The notes below the pieces were generated by a model, which made no database searches, was not told the DNA's origin, and saw nothing but the letters and a program-made list of their open reading frames with translations. This document shows, in pieces, positions 1 to 15,217 of a stretch of DNA of 64,000 bases (positions within the stretch are counted from its first letter, which is position 1; each line of letters begins with the position of its first letter). The translations under genes were made by a program, and so were the position numbers. The stretch lies in NCBI RefSeq assembly GCF_009914755.1, contig NC_060929.1, one strand, 5' to 3'. This DNA comes from the human T2T-CHM13v2.0 reference genome, Homo sapiens.

Positions 1-9
1 GAGATGCTT

Positions 10-246
10 CAGTGGCTTATCAGCTTCAGTGCTATTGATATTCTGGGCTGCATAATTCTTTCACGGGGGCAGGGGCTGCCTGTGCATTGTAAGGTGCTTA
101 GCCACATTCCTGGCCTCTACCCACTAGATGCCAGCAGCAACCTCCACCCCCACCCCACCAAGTATGACAAACAGAAATGTCTCCAGAGATTGCCAAAAAT
201 GCCCTGGGGACAAAATTATACCTCCCTCTTCTCTTGAAAACCACTG
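10..246 (-). mobile_element. MER20 hAT-Charlie DNA transposon, full length
   Basis: Matches the reverse complement of the recalled MER20 consensus (CCTGGCCTCTACCCACTAGATGCCAG...AAATGTCTCCAGA...TTGAAAACCACTG), with CAGTGG/CCACTG termini. Confidence 0.85.
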
Positions 247-299
247 GGCTAGATAGCTTCCGACCAGTTGAAATAAAGGCTTGGTTTCATGTTTTCGAG

Positions 300-625
300 A
301 TTGAAAATAACAAGGACAAATACAGGATGGAAATTTTCTTTTATATCAAAGTCAGTGATGATAAGGCAGCTCTTCTCTATCAAGTTATTAAGGACCCAGA
401 CCTCTTTTATCTTGTTGTTTTACCATCCACAGGGTTTTCTCTAGGCTGGTCCAAGTTGGTCTGCCACTGCATCCAATCAACAGGAAGGAAGAAAGGGGAG
501 AGGGATGAGTAGGTTCATGTAATCACTCTCATCTCATTGGCCAGAATTTAGTCACATGACCATAGCTAGCTACAAAGAAGACTGGGAAAGATAGTCTTTC
601 TAATGGGCTGCATGATCCCAGCTTA
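300..625 (-). mobile_element. Old MaLR LTR fragment (MLT1J/K-like)
   Basis: Typical MLT1 motifs AAGGACCCAG..., CTCATTGGCCAGAATTTAGTCACATGACC and GACTGGGAAA. Confidence 0.6.
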
Positions 626-1369
626 ATTCATTTAAAATCACAACTTGGACTGTTCTTTACCTACTTTTTTTTTTTTTTTTTTTGGTTGGTTGGTAGGGGA
701 AAATGTTTGGGAAATGGGTCCTCAGCGAACTTCGGGAGGTGGGAATTCAGTTCTCTCCATTCTCTTTATTTCCTTCCCTTCCTCTAACCATCAGAGCCTC
801 CGAGGCCCGGCTGTCTGTGTCATAGATAGAATTCCAGCCGCCTGACAGATCTGTCCAAAAAGCTCAGAGCTGGTTGACTTCATACTGAGGAAAAATTCTG
901 AAAGTCAGCTCTCAGTTTTTTAGTAGTTATAGAAAGAACTGCATTCTGCTGAGGGCTCTGGGAGTCAGCCTGAAGCCATGTTTAAAGAGGCTTGTGTGAA
1001 AAGACAGATGGAAGAGATTTGAAGATCAAAGTGAGCCCTGAAGAGTCAGATTCTGCCCAGAATTGGATGACTTCTGATAGCAATGGTGGGAGCATCCAGA
1101 GGCAAGGGGAGAATTGAAACTTTTTGCATCTCTTAGTGTGGCATCATTAGCTTTGCCTCTAAAATTGATCATTTATTAATGTACTTAATACAGAATTTAT
1201 TACATGTATTACATTAATACATAATTAGTTTATTAATAAACTAATGAATTCAATTGTTTTCTCTTCTAGATTGGAGTGTTATATATGTTAGACTGTTTCT
1301 CCTCTGCTAGCTGATAACAGCAGGGCAGAGATAAGGTTTAAAATCTCCAGTACTCTGTATTTAATAGTA

Positions 1370-1686
1370 GAATTTCCTCAGTATCCCCAGGAAATTGGTT
1401 CCAGGACTTTCTGTGGATACCCATATCCAAGGATGCTCAAGTCTCTGATATAAAATGGCATAGTATTTGCATACAACCTACACACATTCTCTTGTACAGT
1501 TTAAATCATCTCTAGATTACTTATAATACCTAATACAATGTAAATACTATGTAAATACTTGTTATGCTGTATTGTTTAGAAAATAATGACAAGGAAAAAG
1601 TCTGTCGTGTTCAGGACAGATGCAATTTTTTCAAATATTTTTGATTCACGCTTGGGTGAATCCGCAGATGTGGAAGGCCACCTGTA
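1370..1686 (+). mobile_element. MER2 (Tigger-family) DNA transposon
   Basis: TTGGTTCCAGGAC...GGATGCTCAAGTC...ATAAAATGGCATAGTATTTGCATA...AATCATCTCTAGATTACTTATAATACCTAATACAATG matches the recalled MER2 consensus. Confidence 0.85.
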
Positions 1687-2044
1687 CTTATTACATGTGT
1701 AGTTCATTATATAGTATATATAATTACCTAATTATACAACATATAATTATCCACTGCAATATATAGTTACCTATTATATAATTACATAACTAATGTGTTT
1801 TTCCTGCAGATAAGCTGTAGAAGAAAAAAAAACATAAACTGTAAGAAACCAAGAACACTCAATATAGAAAAAAGAGTGCTAAATTGAACTACGCTTGATT
1901 CCTAGCTCAAGAAAGCCAGGATGGGTGAGATTGTGTTTTTCTCTGTTACACAACAAAATCGGCATCTAAGTTAGAGTTTGTTAATTCTCAAGCATTTAAT
2001 TTCATGTGTTTTCAGTAGACTATTGGCTATAATTACTATAATTT

Positions 2045-2675
<631 letters not shown>

Positions 2676-3164
2676 TAAAGCATTCTTAGAAGAAAAAATT
2701 GGGTGCTTGTGCTTACCATTGAGTCAATAAGATGAGATATTTGAAATAGGGACTGCCTTGAAATTTAGAACATACAGTCAGTGAAATTTTGTCTCTTTAT
2801 AAAAAAAGTCTATCTTTAGATAGACTTATAGATATAGATGATAGAAAAAAGAGCAAGACTGTGACTGCCCAGTTTAAGAGATCTAGAAGGTTTTTCTAGG
2901 AGCCAGCAACTTGTCCCCAAATAAAATAGTTATGTTCTCTTTGACAAGAACCCAGAAAGTTTCCACAGCCAATCACACACTAACAGATGGGATTTAGTGA
3001 CTGGGGGGAAAAAAGCAAGCAAATAAAACTTCAAAGAGACAGAAAGATTGAAGAAGGAGAAAGATAAGATTTTGCCTTCTTATTTATTTTAGAAGTGGTT
3101 GTTAAATAGAGCCACTCATAATAAATTTGTCTTTTTGTTTTGTTTATAGATCAAGATTACTTGA

Positions 3165-3860
<696 letters not shown>

Positions 3861-4694
3861 TAGAGTCAGCAGATCATTGGAACAACAGTGCAGACCATTA
3901 CAGGGCTCATTTTCAAATGAAGATCAGTCAGAAATTGTAATACAAAAATCAGGGGGAAAGGGAAGTAGTTCCCCAAAATTCAACATGCATAATCAGAATC
4001 TACCCATTTGTAGATTACCCATTCATGTAAGAAAATCCACTAAATAATTCATAATATATGCCTTAGATATGTTAGAAGCCCATGTAGTTCATAAAAGAAC
4101 AGTGACTTCTTTAGGAAGCATCTTTCACTCCGTGCACTGGATTTCCAATAAATTCTTTTGTTTTCCGGAAGAGTGTGAAGAATTCTCAGATGAAAGGAAG
4201 AGCCATAGCCTAATCCCTGCTTTGTACCCAGAAGCCTCTGCCTATAGCCTGGATTTTCAGTATCTCTTCTGTTCTATAATCCTCCTCTGTATGGACTCCT
4301 ACGAGGATATAAATTATCTATCTTCAGCCATAAGTTTTCTGTGATGTATTTTCAGAAACTTCACAATGTCTATCCTTGCTGACAACATAAATCCTTTCTT
4401 CATACTGAAAAGACCGGAAAACAATTCTGTTTCTTTAGACGGTTCTTTGCTATAAAACTTCTTCATTTAAACAGCACTTTCTTAGCCCTTGTAGAATTTG
4501 TTTTGTTGAAGTGCTTAGTCTGTCTTTGAAATAAGCATATTTCATCTAATTTTGAATGATTCCAGCTGCTGGATTACCTATCTTGAAAGTGAGTCAGGAG
4601 ACTTGTTGGTTTGGGGGGATTAGAGAAGGAAGTAGATTTCAATTTTCCAAAATGCAAGTCTGACACCTTCTGGAAAGCATGTGACTATTACACC

Positions 4695-5190
4695 CACAAG
4701 TTAGTTCCCTTGGTCCACTATTGAGAAGGCCAGGGGTACATGAAGTTAGATGGGCAAAATCTTGCATTTTTATTTCTATAAACTGCTATTTAATATTTAG
4801 GATTTTCTTCAATTATGAATATGGACAACTAACCATAGTAGTATTATTAGTAATGTTGTCAACAGTAGAAATTATAGATTTAAAAAATCACATTATAATT
4901 ATTGCAGATATCAAAAAGTATTGTTTACACTCACCATTACTTTGAAATTCTGATAGACCTGTCATTAGATCTCGTTACTTAATGAGTTAGTATAAAACAC
5001 GTGCATTAGTATTTCATATATTTGCTATTTTAACCTTATGACTTTTGAATATTTCAGCATAATTGGTTTTCTTTGAAAATCTATATATATTATTAATATT
5101 TGGCACACAAAGAATATTTTGAGAAGTTGTCTATAGTTTACAACGAAACAGCTATGGGTTTATGGTACAAAAAAGATTAAGAATGCTTGT
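4695..5190 (-). mobile_element. Charlie4a-like hAT DNA transposon
   Basis: Antisense match to recalled Charlie4a (TTGCAGATATC, TTTACACTCACCATTACTTTGAAATT, AGATCTCGTTA, TGGTACAAAAAAGATTAAGAA terminus). Confidence 0.7.
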
Positions 5191-5724
5191 TCTAGATGCA
5201 TTCTAAAAGGGATAGAGGAGGACAAAAGAATATATAGAACTACATCTCTCTTTCACTAAAATAATGATTTTTAGTTCTTGTGTATAGAGTTAAATGGCAA
5301 GAGTATTTTAATATAAAATAATGTTTTGATATTATATAATGATTAATGTACAAAGCTTGTCTTTCCTTTTTCTTCTCGTGAAAATGGACCCCAAAACTGT
5401 GTCAAGGGAACTACCCCTTTTTCCTTCACTTCCCTCCCTCTACCCCCCACCACAAAGTTGAGTTTTTAAAAAATGTCTTTTTTAAACTATGAAGTTCATT
5501 TTTAATTTTTATATCAGGTAATAATTCCTGGACACTGAATTGCAATTGACAAAGGGAATAAGAAAAGACTAGCAAATTTCCCATCATTCATAAAAATGCT
5601 TCTACATTAGAAACAGCAGAAACACACCTGAGCTCTATGGTGTTCCTGGGCAAGCAAGGGGGCTACTGTTGAGCACAGTCTGTGTGTGGAGCTGCTTATT
5701 TTAACAAGATGGACTGGAGAGTCG

Positions 5725-6350
5725 GCTCCAAGTGTGTAGCATATGCTCTGAGGGAGCACAAGATCATCCAGCAGGAAGCAGAAAGAAAAAATTGGAACTT
5801 CTATTTCTGTTTATCTAAAATTTGAAAACCAACCAACTTTACCTGTATTTCTCACATATTCTGTCTGTACGTCAGCAGGTCAGGATCCTATGAGAGGCAT
5901 GAGGTGTCCTCAGCAAGGTGTGGAACTTCCACAAAGCAGTGGGGTTGGCAGCCACCCTTCATCCTTCCTCTGCTTTGGAGCTGCTGAGACATTTGCAGTT
6001 TTTGTGTGCCCAGTTAAGTGACTCCACAAATGCATCATCTTGTTTTAACTAAGCTTGTCTTCACAAAGTGGAGTTCCACATGGAACTGTGGGTTGAAGAT
6101 ATTTGCAATAATGCGATCTCATAAACTTATCAAAATACAATGGCAGAGGTTCATTTACTCCTAATGTGACCCTTTCAGAAACAATACAAAGAAAAAAAAT
6201 GACCAACTCATAACATCTAATAATTAATTGAATGTCCTAAAATAGAAGTAATCAAGACGATTTAATATACAGATTGATAAATGTTGTTGCTAATGATGAC
6301 CTTGCCTGCAGTGCATATTGTGCCTTGAGAAGTTAGTTAATAGTAGCCAT
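5725..6350 (+). mobile_element. Charlie7-like hAT 5' fragment with a decayed transposase N-terminus
   Basis: Left-end-like AAGTGTGTAGCATATG...GCACAAGATCATCC...GAACTTCTATTT. Positions ~6265-6350 read as a degenerate BED-finger segment (..NDD..CILCLEKLVN..). Confidence 0.55.
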
Positions 6351-6619
6351 ACATATAAAGAACTTATATATATATATGTAAGTTCAAAGATTATTTACTA
6401 AGAAAAATACATTATCAAAAGAGTTTGAATAGTACTATTATAAAGCTCCAAGAATAAAGTTTTTGAACCAAACCATGAATAAAAAAGTTCTATTGTGAGT
6501 TTAGCATCATTAGAAGAGGGAGTGCCATGTTGGCCAAAGTGAGTTTTGCTGGCCCAGGATATTAAATCTAACAATAATGTGGAACAGCAAGAAGACATTG
6601 TTGGTTGAAATGGACATTA

Positions 6620-7140
6620 GGGTATTGTGGACTGAGTGTATTTATCCATCTCTGCCTGTCTCCCTAGTTAGACTGTGGACCTCATGCAGCCAAGAATTGT
6701 GTCTATTAGTCCCACATTCCAAGCTGCTGCCTGGCATCAGTAGGTGCTCAGAAAACTTTTGCTGGGCTTATGGATTCAAAGAAACAAATAACTAAGGGGA
6801 ATTTTACCTTTGGTTTATAGCACAATTTCTCTTTGCCCCTTAGCATTTCCCAGTGATGGGAAGTTATTCCAAGTTGGAAAGCAGAATTCAAATGACAGGA
6901 CCAAGAGCCTGAGTTGACAGAAAACATCAGCTCCCAGAGACCTGCAAGTCCCTCCCGATCCTGGGCCTCCTTTAGCCTTTCCACATTGCACTATATTACA
7001 CCAACTACAATTTCAAGCCATATTTGTGTTGCTGGTTGTCTCCCACTGTTATTTGGGGAGCTCCTGGAGGGGAGACACAGTGTCTTACTCATCCTTATTT
7101 TCCTGATGGCTAGAACAATGCCAGACACAGAAGAAAGCAG
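6620..7140 (+). mobile_element. L2 3'-end fragments
   Basis: GCCTGGCATCAGTAGGTGCTCA and GGCTAGAACAATGCCAGACACAG are L2 3' motifs. Confidence 0.5.
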
Positions 7141-7953
7141 CAGGGAGCAAATGCATATGAGCAGGTGCTACCTGCTCAGCGCCAGATGATGACATATGCT
7201 ATCTATTCAATTATCACACTAACCTTACAAAGGTTAAATTACATTCCCATGGCCACACAGTAAGTAAGGGATCCAGGATTTTGAGTCCAGGTTTGATTCC
7301 AAGTCCAGGACTCTTTCTACTACCCCCATATTATGTCAATAAATGTGGGATACATAAAGCGGTTGATTAACTAACATAACCTCTTCATTGTGGCTCTCAA
7401 ATGACAGACATACAAATATGGCTCCCTGCCACATAGTGGAGGCCACTTCATTTTCAAGAGCTTCAATCATCAACTTCCTTTCATTGATCTAAACTCTACT
7501 TCCCTACAACTTCTACTTACTGCTCCTTGTTCTTCTCCAGAGCCACACGGGATAACTAATGCCCCTTCCACAAAATCAGCCCTTGGCTTATGAAGACAGT
7601 CACTATGTGTCTACCCCTCACCAAGTAGCTGTTTTTCCATGCCATCATGACCAATCGGCTTGCAGGAAGCAAAAAGGAAGCCTGATTTTAATCTTTTAAT
7701 TGTGGATCCTTTGCCATGAATTGTGTATCTTATCTAGCCAGAAGGTTCCTGAATTTATGCTGAGCTAGACCCAAATAGGATATGCCTTCCGTGTGCTCTG
7801 TTATGCACCAAAACACGGCAGTGAACCCCCAGTTGGCCATTGCTTTTTCCTTTGTGAATGTTCACCTATGCTAGCAAGCACAGGTTGCAGGCCTGGGGGA
7901 GGTGGGTGATTCACCAGGTGTGTCTGGATGGGCTCTATGGAAAGTACCCTTAG

Positions 7954-8146
7954 CAGCTTCTCTCAAAGTGCAGTCAGGAACCACCTGCATCAGAATCAGT
8001 GGAAGGCTGTGTTAAAATGCGAATTCCTGGCCCCACCCTAGAACACCTAGATCAGAATTCCTAGGATAAGACCTGGAATCCTTACTTTTAAATGAGCACA
8101 CCATCCAGCGATGATTCTGATGCATACTCAAGCTTGGGAGGCTCTG
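7954..8146. mobile_element. MER5A hAT MITE
   Basis: CTCAAAGTG...CCTGCATCAGAATCA...GTTAAAATGCGAATTCCTGGCCCC...TGATTCTGATGCATACTCAAG, with internal palindromic symmetry. Confidence 0.75.
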
Positions 8147-9270
8147 GACTAAAGCAGGCCATGCTTAAGTGGCATGGCAGTTGCCATGTGGATAGTGAAA
8201 TCCACATTGGTGGATGGCAACTAGAGTCAGTTCACATAAATAAGAAATATTTTTAAATGAAATGGGGTTGTCAATACTGATGTAATGTAAGAAAAGCAAA
8301 AGGTTCTGGCAAGGAAGCTTAGCAGCAATCACATAGGAAACCATGATTAAAAAAGAAAAAAGAAAAAAAGGATCCTGTAGTTGGCAGGGCTGGCCTAGGC
8401 AATGTAAGTGGACACTTGTAACAGCCCCTTTGAAAGGTTCTGAAAATTCCTCTGAGTGGGACTCTCTAGTGGTGATTTATAAAGGAGTGAGGTGATTGGC
8501 CCTTTTTTTGCAACCATTAGATTTTCTTTGATTTGGAAGAACACATGGCTAAGATGGAAGATGAATTCCTAATGTTAGCTTGGACCCATCTGAGGGCTGT
8601 GTTGACAAGGGACAAAGTAGTCTCTGCCAAACTCAGTGTCTCCTATGGGGCTTTCACTGAAACCCAGTGGGTTGAGTCCTCGGTGTCTCTGAAGGATTTC
8701 TGAAATAAAATAACCCTTCATCCCCACTCCCAACCTCCTTTATTAAAAGAAAATATTTTTTATATAAATTGAATAAACGCCGAAATCCCATATGGCTCAG
8801 GTGATACTTAGATGCACTCAGAAACATCCGGGAACCAAAAGTAATAAAAAGAAATTCCATTTTTTACTTTTGTTTTTTAAAGAAATTAAGGGAGCTTCCA
8901 TTTCTGTCACTAAGTACTACTTAAAATCGTCTCTCCCCTTGTTCTTTCTCTCTCATACCTCTTAGCTGCCCAAAGCCTCTTCTTCACAGTCTGACTCAGT
9001 TCTCTCTGCAGAAAGCCTCTGGACTCACTGGGGCTGAAAGGTCGCATGTAGGGGAAGGAACAGCAAGGCAAAAGCTCTTGTAGAAACCATAAGTGATGCC
9101 TTGGGAATTCTGCTCTGAGAGCTGTTGTGAGCCCTGCCTGGAATGTTTTTAGCTTCTCTGGGGGTCTTGCTGTTAGTGAGGTTATTTCTGTTGCTGACTT
9201 CTCTTCCTTCTCAGCCTCTATGGTCTTGCACCTGATTAAAATAAACAGAAGCCACCAGACAGATCACTAA

Positions 9271-9626
<356 letters not shown>

Positions 9627-10804
9627 ACATTTTATTCTTTTAATTTCAACTGTTTTATTAAAACTCAGACCACCCTTATCTGGTGAACTGCTTGATCCTA
9701 CCCAGCAGGTGAAAGGATCAGAGAAAATAACAACCAATCAATAGATGTCAGCAGGCAGTCTCATTCCCAAACAAGATAAAAGACCATGGACTCTGATCTC
9801 AAACCAAAATATTTACATATCTCGTTGAGGACATTATCGGCAGTTTGGAGGGGACATTATGGTGTAGACAACAAGAAAAATCACCGAAGGAAGTTGGGAA
9901 TAGCCTGGGCTAGAAAAGGATGAGCTAACGTGTTGGGGTTAGGAATCTCCAGCTCTGATTTCTTAAGCAGCCATTGGAATAAGAAACTGGGCAAATTCCC
10001 AACAGGGTGGGGCAATCCCCCTGATCCCAGCCCATTGGGAAAAGGGCCTAATTCTGCTTCTCCCTTCCCATTCCCCAGCAGCAACATAAAAAAGCACAAA
10101 ATGTCTCAGTGCTCTGGAATTTCTTCACTCAGATGACCCTGGGTGGATTTTGCATCAAAAACACAGATTTATGAAAGAGCAAATTATTTGTGAAAAATTC
10201 TTCACTTTAGAGGAAGAACTGTAGAGCATCACCACAGGCTTATTCATGACTACATTTGAAAAATATGATTCTAGGTCAGAGATTCTGGTATACCCATAGA
10301 TTTTCAGGAACATATCTTCTGCATTAGAGAAACATTCTGCAAAAAATGTCCATCAGGCCCAAGCAGTTTCAGCAGCCGAGTAGCCCATCTGGGAAACAAC
10401 TCCGGAACCCCTTCAGACAAACCCGCCAAGGCTGGGTGACTTGGCAGTCCCTGAGCCCCTGCCAGCTCATTTGTGGTCTGTATTTTTCACAGATGCTCCC
10501 TGGTGTGTAGCAATTTCCGGATATTTTTCAAATGGTTTTTATCCTGCCAGCTGGGTGCAGTGGAGGGACTACAGCTTGGACAACTCAGCCGGATGGACCC
10601 ATCAAATTCAGCTTGCCAGCCCGGTTAGGATTAGACTGCATTGTTTGCGCCTTGCCCTGAGGTTGGCACCTATCCCCCTATCCTGTTGATTTCCATCCCT
10701 ACTCCTTCCACTTCCCTAGTGCTCTTGGCCCCTGTTATGAGACGACTAGCCTGTCATCCTACCCCTATGAAAACCTCCTTCCCAGGTGGACACCATTAAT
10801 GTGC

Positions 10805-10945
10805 AGGCAATGTAGTGGAGGGAGAACAATATTCTAAGAGTAGGAAAATGTGAGCTAGACCCAGTTCTGCTAGTAATTAGCTCCATGGCCTTGGTCAAGT
10901 TGTGTAACTTCTCTGGGTCTCATTTTCCTTTCTGATAAAATGAAG
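10805..10945 (+). mobile_element. MIR
   Basis: GGCCTTGGTCAAGTTGTGTAACTTCTCTGGGTCTCATTTTCCTTTCTGATAAAATG MIR core. Confidence 0.65.
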
Positions 10946-11740
10946 GCCCCCATCACTACTTTCAAGTAAGGCCTTTACCAAGTCATCCAAGTTGTTCCAG
11001 TAAGTTGCACATCTGACAACGGCCCATCCCTTACCACCTCCTCTAAATATGTTTTCTGAGATATTTCAGAAAATAAGATTTTAGAAGGAAAGCTGTATTA
11101 GTTGCACAAACCTACTTCAGTGACAGGCTAGGATTGAACATTAAAATTTGAAAGAAGACATGAATTCCCTTATTAATGCTGCTTAGGGGAAGAAGAGGCT
11201 GAAGGAAGGCAGCTTCTATAAAAATCAATGGTGAACTGGAATTTATCACCTCTGTGTGAGTCTGACCTCTCAGGACTTTTTCTCTAGAATCCCAGGATCC
11301 TAAGTAATGAATAATGAATCTAAACATGCCTTCCATGACCTTGAGGATATGCAAACATGAAATTTTGAAAAAAGAATAAAAGAAAGAAGAAAAATTCTGG
11401 AAAGTTTAACTTCATTTCTATTATCATACTCAAAATGAAAGTAATGTTTTCTCCAATTATAAAAATAATATAGAAATCTGGAGACTACCAAAAAATATAA
11501 AGCATAAAACAAAATCACTCATAATAGAGATAACCACTGGCAATGTTATGGCTGTTTCCTTTCACCCTTTTTGATCTGGACACTATCGAAACAGTTTCCT
11601 TCATGATTTTGAAGCATCAGTCTCATTTTAAATTCTCCTGGCTCATAGAAATCGCTGAATCCCACAGAATTCCAAGTACCAATACTACTTTTGGTTTCCT
11701 TTTCCATATTTCACTCTGACCCGAAATGAAAAATAATGCT

Positions 11741-12085
<345 letters not shown>

Positions 12086-12199
12086 TCAATATGTGGTACA
12101 ACTGGGACTCAATATGGATGTTTGCTGCTGCTTAGCGTTTATAAACAAGCCTTTGTCAGTGTCTCTGTTTCAGTAGGGAGTACAAGGCACATTTTTCTA

Positions 12200-12660
12200 A
12201 TATGCACATTTTGCTCCTCTGTTTTAAATTCTTCAACGGCTTCCTATTGCCCTTTCGATAAAATTCACACTCCTGCAGAAGACTCACAGAGGCCATCATA
12301 ATTAGACCCCTGATCCTCTCTCTGGTCTTGGCTTGCACCCCTTTCTCCCACACTCTCTGCTCCAGCAATACTGGTCCTCTGCCCAGGCTGTTACTCTCCC
12401 TGTAGCATTCTTCCTCTTCCCATTGTCTGGCTAATTTCTTATTTATCCATCAGAACAGGTTTTTGATATGCCCCCACCTTGTATTCCTCCCATATGAGCA
12501 CTTGTTGCATTTTATTGCTGTGGTGTATTTCTTGCCTTTCCTACTAAACTCTACATGCCCTGGGAGTAATGACTATCTGTTTTGCTGTCCGGTGTACTCC
12601 CATCACTAAGCATGGGCTTTTTGCAAAGTGAGTATTCAATAAACACTTGTTGAATGTGTT
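12200..12660 (+). mobile_element. L2 3' fragment
   Basis: Ends ...AGTATTCAATAAACACTTGTTGAATG, with internal CTCTGCTCCAGC motifs. Confidence 0.6.
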
Positions 12661-14848
12661 AAAAAATAATAAGTGAAAGGCATTGTTAATTCACATTAAC
12701 AAGAAAGCTTTTCAAGAGAATATATACACATATTATTAATATTATCTTTCACAGTGGGAGATTTTATAAGTGGTCAGTGCTGAAGAGGGAGAAATATACT
12801 TGTGCTGTTTTATGAAAAAGAGCAGTGGTTTTGGAAGTTCAGATTAAAACTTTTGTATAGATTTTGTAACTGATGCTGCTACTTTTAAATTTCTCCAGAG
12901 TAGGCTAGGAACTACAGAGATGATCTGTGTCCTACAACCCCAGAGAGCACCATTCATAATGCGTTCTACCATGTTACTCCAAAGATAGGTAGCAGAAGCA
13001 ACCTCTGGCATTAATACCACAAGGCCCTACAATGCAGGTTTCCTTAGTAGCACTAAAACCTGATAATGATAAGCCATATATGCAGTACATTTTCAGTGAG
13101 CAGACAAATGGGGAACTGAGGCTCAACTGAAAGCAGCAGGAAATTCAAAGGTATTTATATTTAGTACACTAAACATTTTTCTATGGATGCAGCAACCAAG
13201 TCTGTCTTTATAACAATAGGAAAGGGCTCGCATTCTCTGCAGTAGTTCCTTTCCTTCATGGGTGGGCAAGGGGATTCCCAGAAGAAATGGGAGTAGTGAA
13301 GGCCAGTTATTATTAATGGGATATAGGATCTGCCTACCTCCTACATACGATGCAGCAGTCCACTTTTCAGCCAGGCCAACACTCTTACTACTTTCCGAAA
13401 ATGTAATAGGAAAGAGGGAAAGGATATCCCATATCCCAACTTCCTAAGGGAGGACAATTTAATCATTCTGTTATATTTCTGATAGCTATAATTATTTTTA
13501 ATGAGCCACATATTATATGAAACTAAATCACAGTTCTGGTTTATTTTATTAAAATGTAAAAAAAATTCCTTCTTTTATCATTATAGAAAATAAAACCATG
13601 AAGAACCACACCTCAAGGAGAGACTTACCCCCTCCACATTCATCTGAGACCCCATGACCATTCCTTTCATGCTCTGCTTATGCTGTTCTTACCCACGCCA
13701 TGCTTATTCCCAACTCCAAGTCATTGCTCATGCTGACCAGAAGAAATTACTTTTCTTCTTCCTTTCACACAGTTGCAAATTCAGCCTACCCCATGAGGAC
13801 CAATTTCTTTACTGCCTTCATTCTAAGACCTTCCCCAATACCTCCAAACCACACTGCTCTGCCATTTCCCAGACATTCTTTTGCACTTATAACCAGCATT
13901 ATTCATTTTGGTGATTAATCACACTCTGCTTTGCAATGTCTCTTGGCTATTCTCAATGTCTCTCCTGACTCCCCAATGGATCTCTAAGTTCCTGGAAGGA
14001 TGAAGCTGTAACTCATACTCCTTTGTATTTTTATTATAGTATTAGCCACATAAAAGATGTTGAAAGATATGACAAATGGTTGAAACCGTCATGAAACTAA
14101 CAGTGAACAAAAAGGTAGACCACAGTGGTAAAATTCATAATGTTTAATGGTAGCCAATTAAGAAAGAATTTATGTAACAACACATAGACTAAAGAGAAAC
14201 CAGCACATTCATTTTAATTTAAGATAAATTTTTTATAATCCAAAAGACTGGATTAAAATGAAATGACCACATACCTCAACGTAATAACAGCCATATATGA
14301 CAGACCCATAGCTAGTGTCATACTGAATGCAGGAAAACTGAAAGCCTTTCTTCTAACATCTAGAACATGACAAGGATGCCCACTTTCACCACTGTTATTC
14401 AACATCCTGCTGGACATCCTAGCTAGAGCAATCAGACAACAGAAAGAAATTAATAGCATCCAAATTGGAAAAGAAGAAGTCAAATTATCCCTGTTTACAA
14501 ATGATATGATCTCATATTTGAAAAAACCTAAAGACTCCACCAAAAAGCTATTAGAACTGATAAACAAATTCAGTAAATTTGCAGGATACAAAATCAACAT
14601 AAAAAATCTGTAGCATTTTTATATGCTAACAGTGAACAATCTGAAAAATAAATCAAGAAAGTAATCTCATTTATAATAGCTACAAATAAAATATCTGGGA
14701 ATAAACTTAATCAAAGAAGTGAAACATTTCTACAATAAAAATTGTAAAACATTACTTCAAGAAATTCAAGAAGACACACAAAAACATGAAAAGATATTCC
14801 ATATTCATGGATTGGAAGAATCACTATTGTTAAAATGTCCATACTACC

Positions 14849-15217
14849 TGATATGGTTTGGCCATGTCCCCACCCAAATCACATCTTGAATTGTAGTTCC
14901 CTAATCTCCACGTGTCATGGGAGGGACCCGATGGAAGGTAATTGAATCATGGGGTTGGTTACCTCCATGCTGTTCTCATGATAGTGAGTTCTCACAAGAT
15001 CTCATGGTTTTATAAAGGGCTTTTCCCCCGCTTTGCTCTGCACTTCTTGCTGCTGCCATGTGAAAAAGAACATGTTTGCTTCCCCTTCTGCCGTGATTGT
15101 AAGTTTCCTGAGGCCTCCCCAGCCATGCTGAACTGTGAGTCAATTAAGCCTCTGCCCTTTATAAATTACCCATTCTCACATATGTCTTTATTAGCAGCAT
15201 GAGAGCAAACTAATACA
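14849..15217 (+). mobile_element. THE1 (C/D-like) MaLR solo LTR inserted in L1 ORF2
   Basis: TGATATGGTTTGG...ACTAATACA termini; TSD CTACC/CTCCC (4 of 5). Confidence 0.9.

Noticed and set aside
121-134. CCACTAGATGCCAG, CTCF-like motif
   Set aside because: It is part of the MER20 consensus and mismatched at a core G, so binding cannot be supported.
9650-10800. Repeat-free stretch with several short ORFs
   Set aside because: No convincing splice-site pair, codon signal or recognisable protein. It could be regulatory, but nothing specific is visible.
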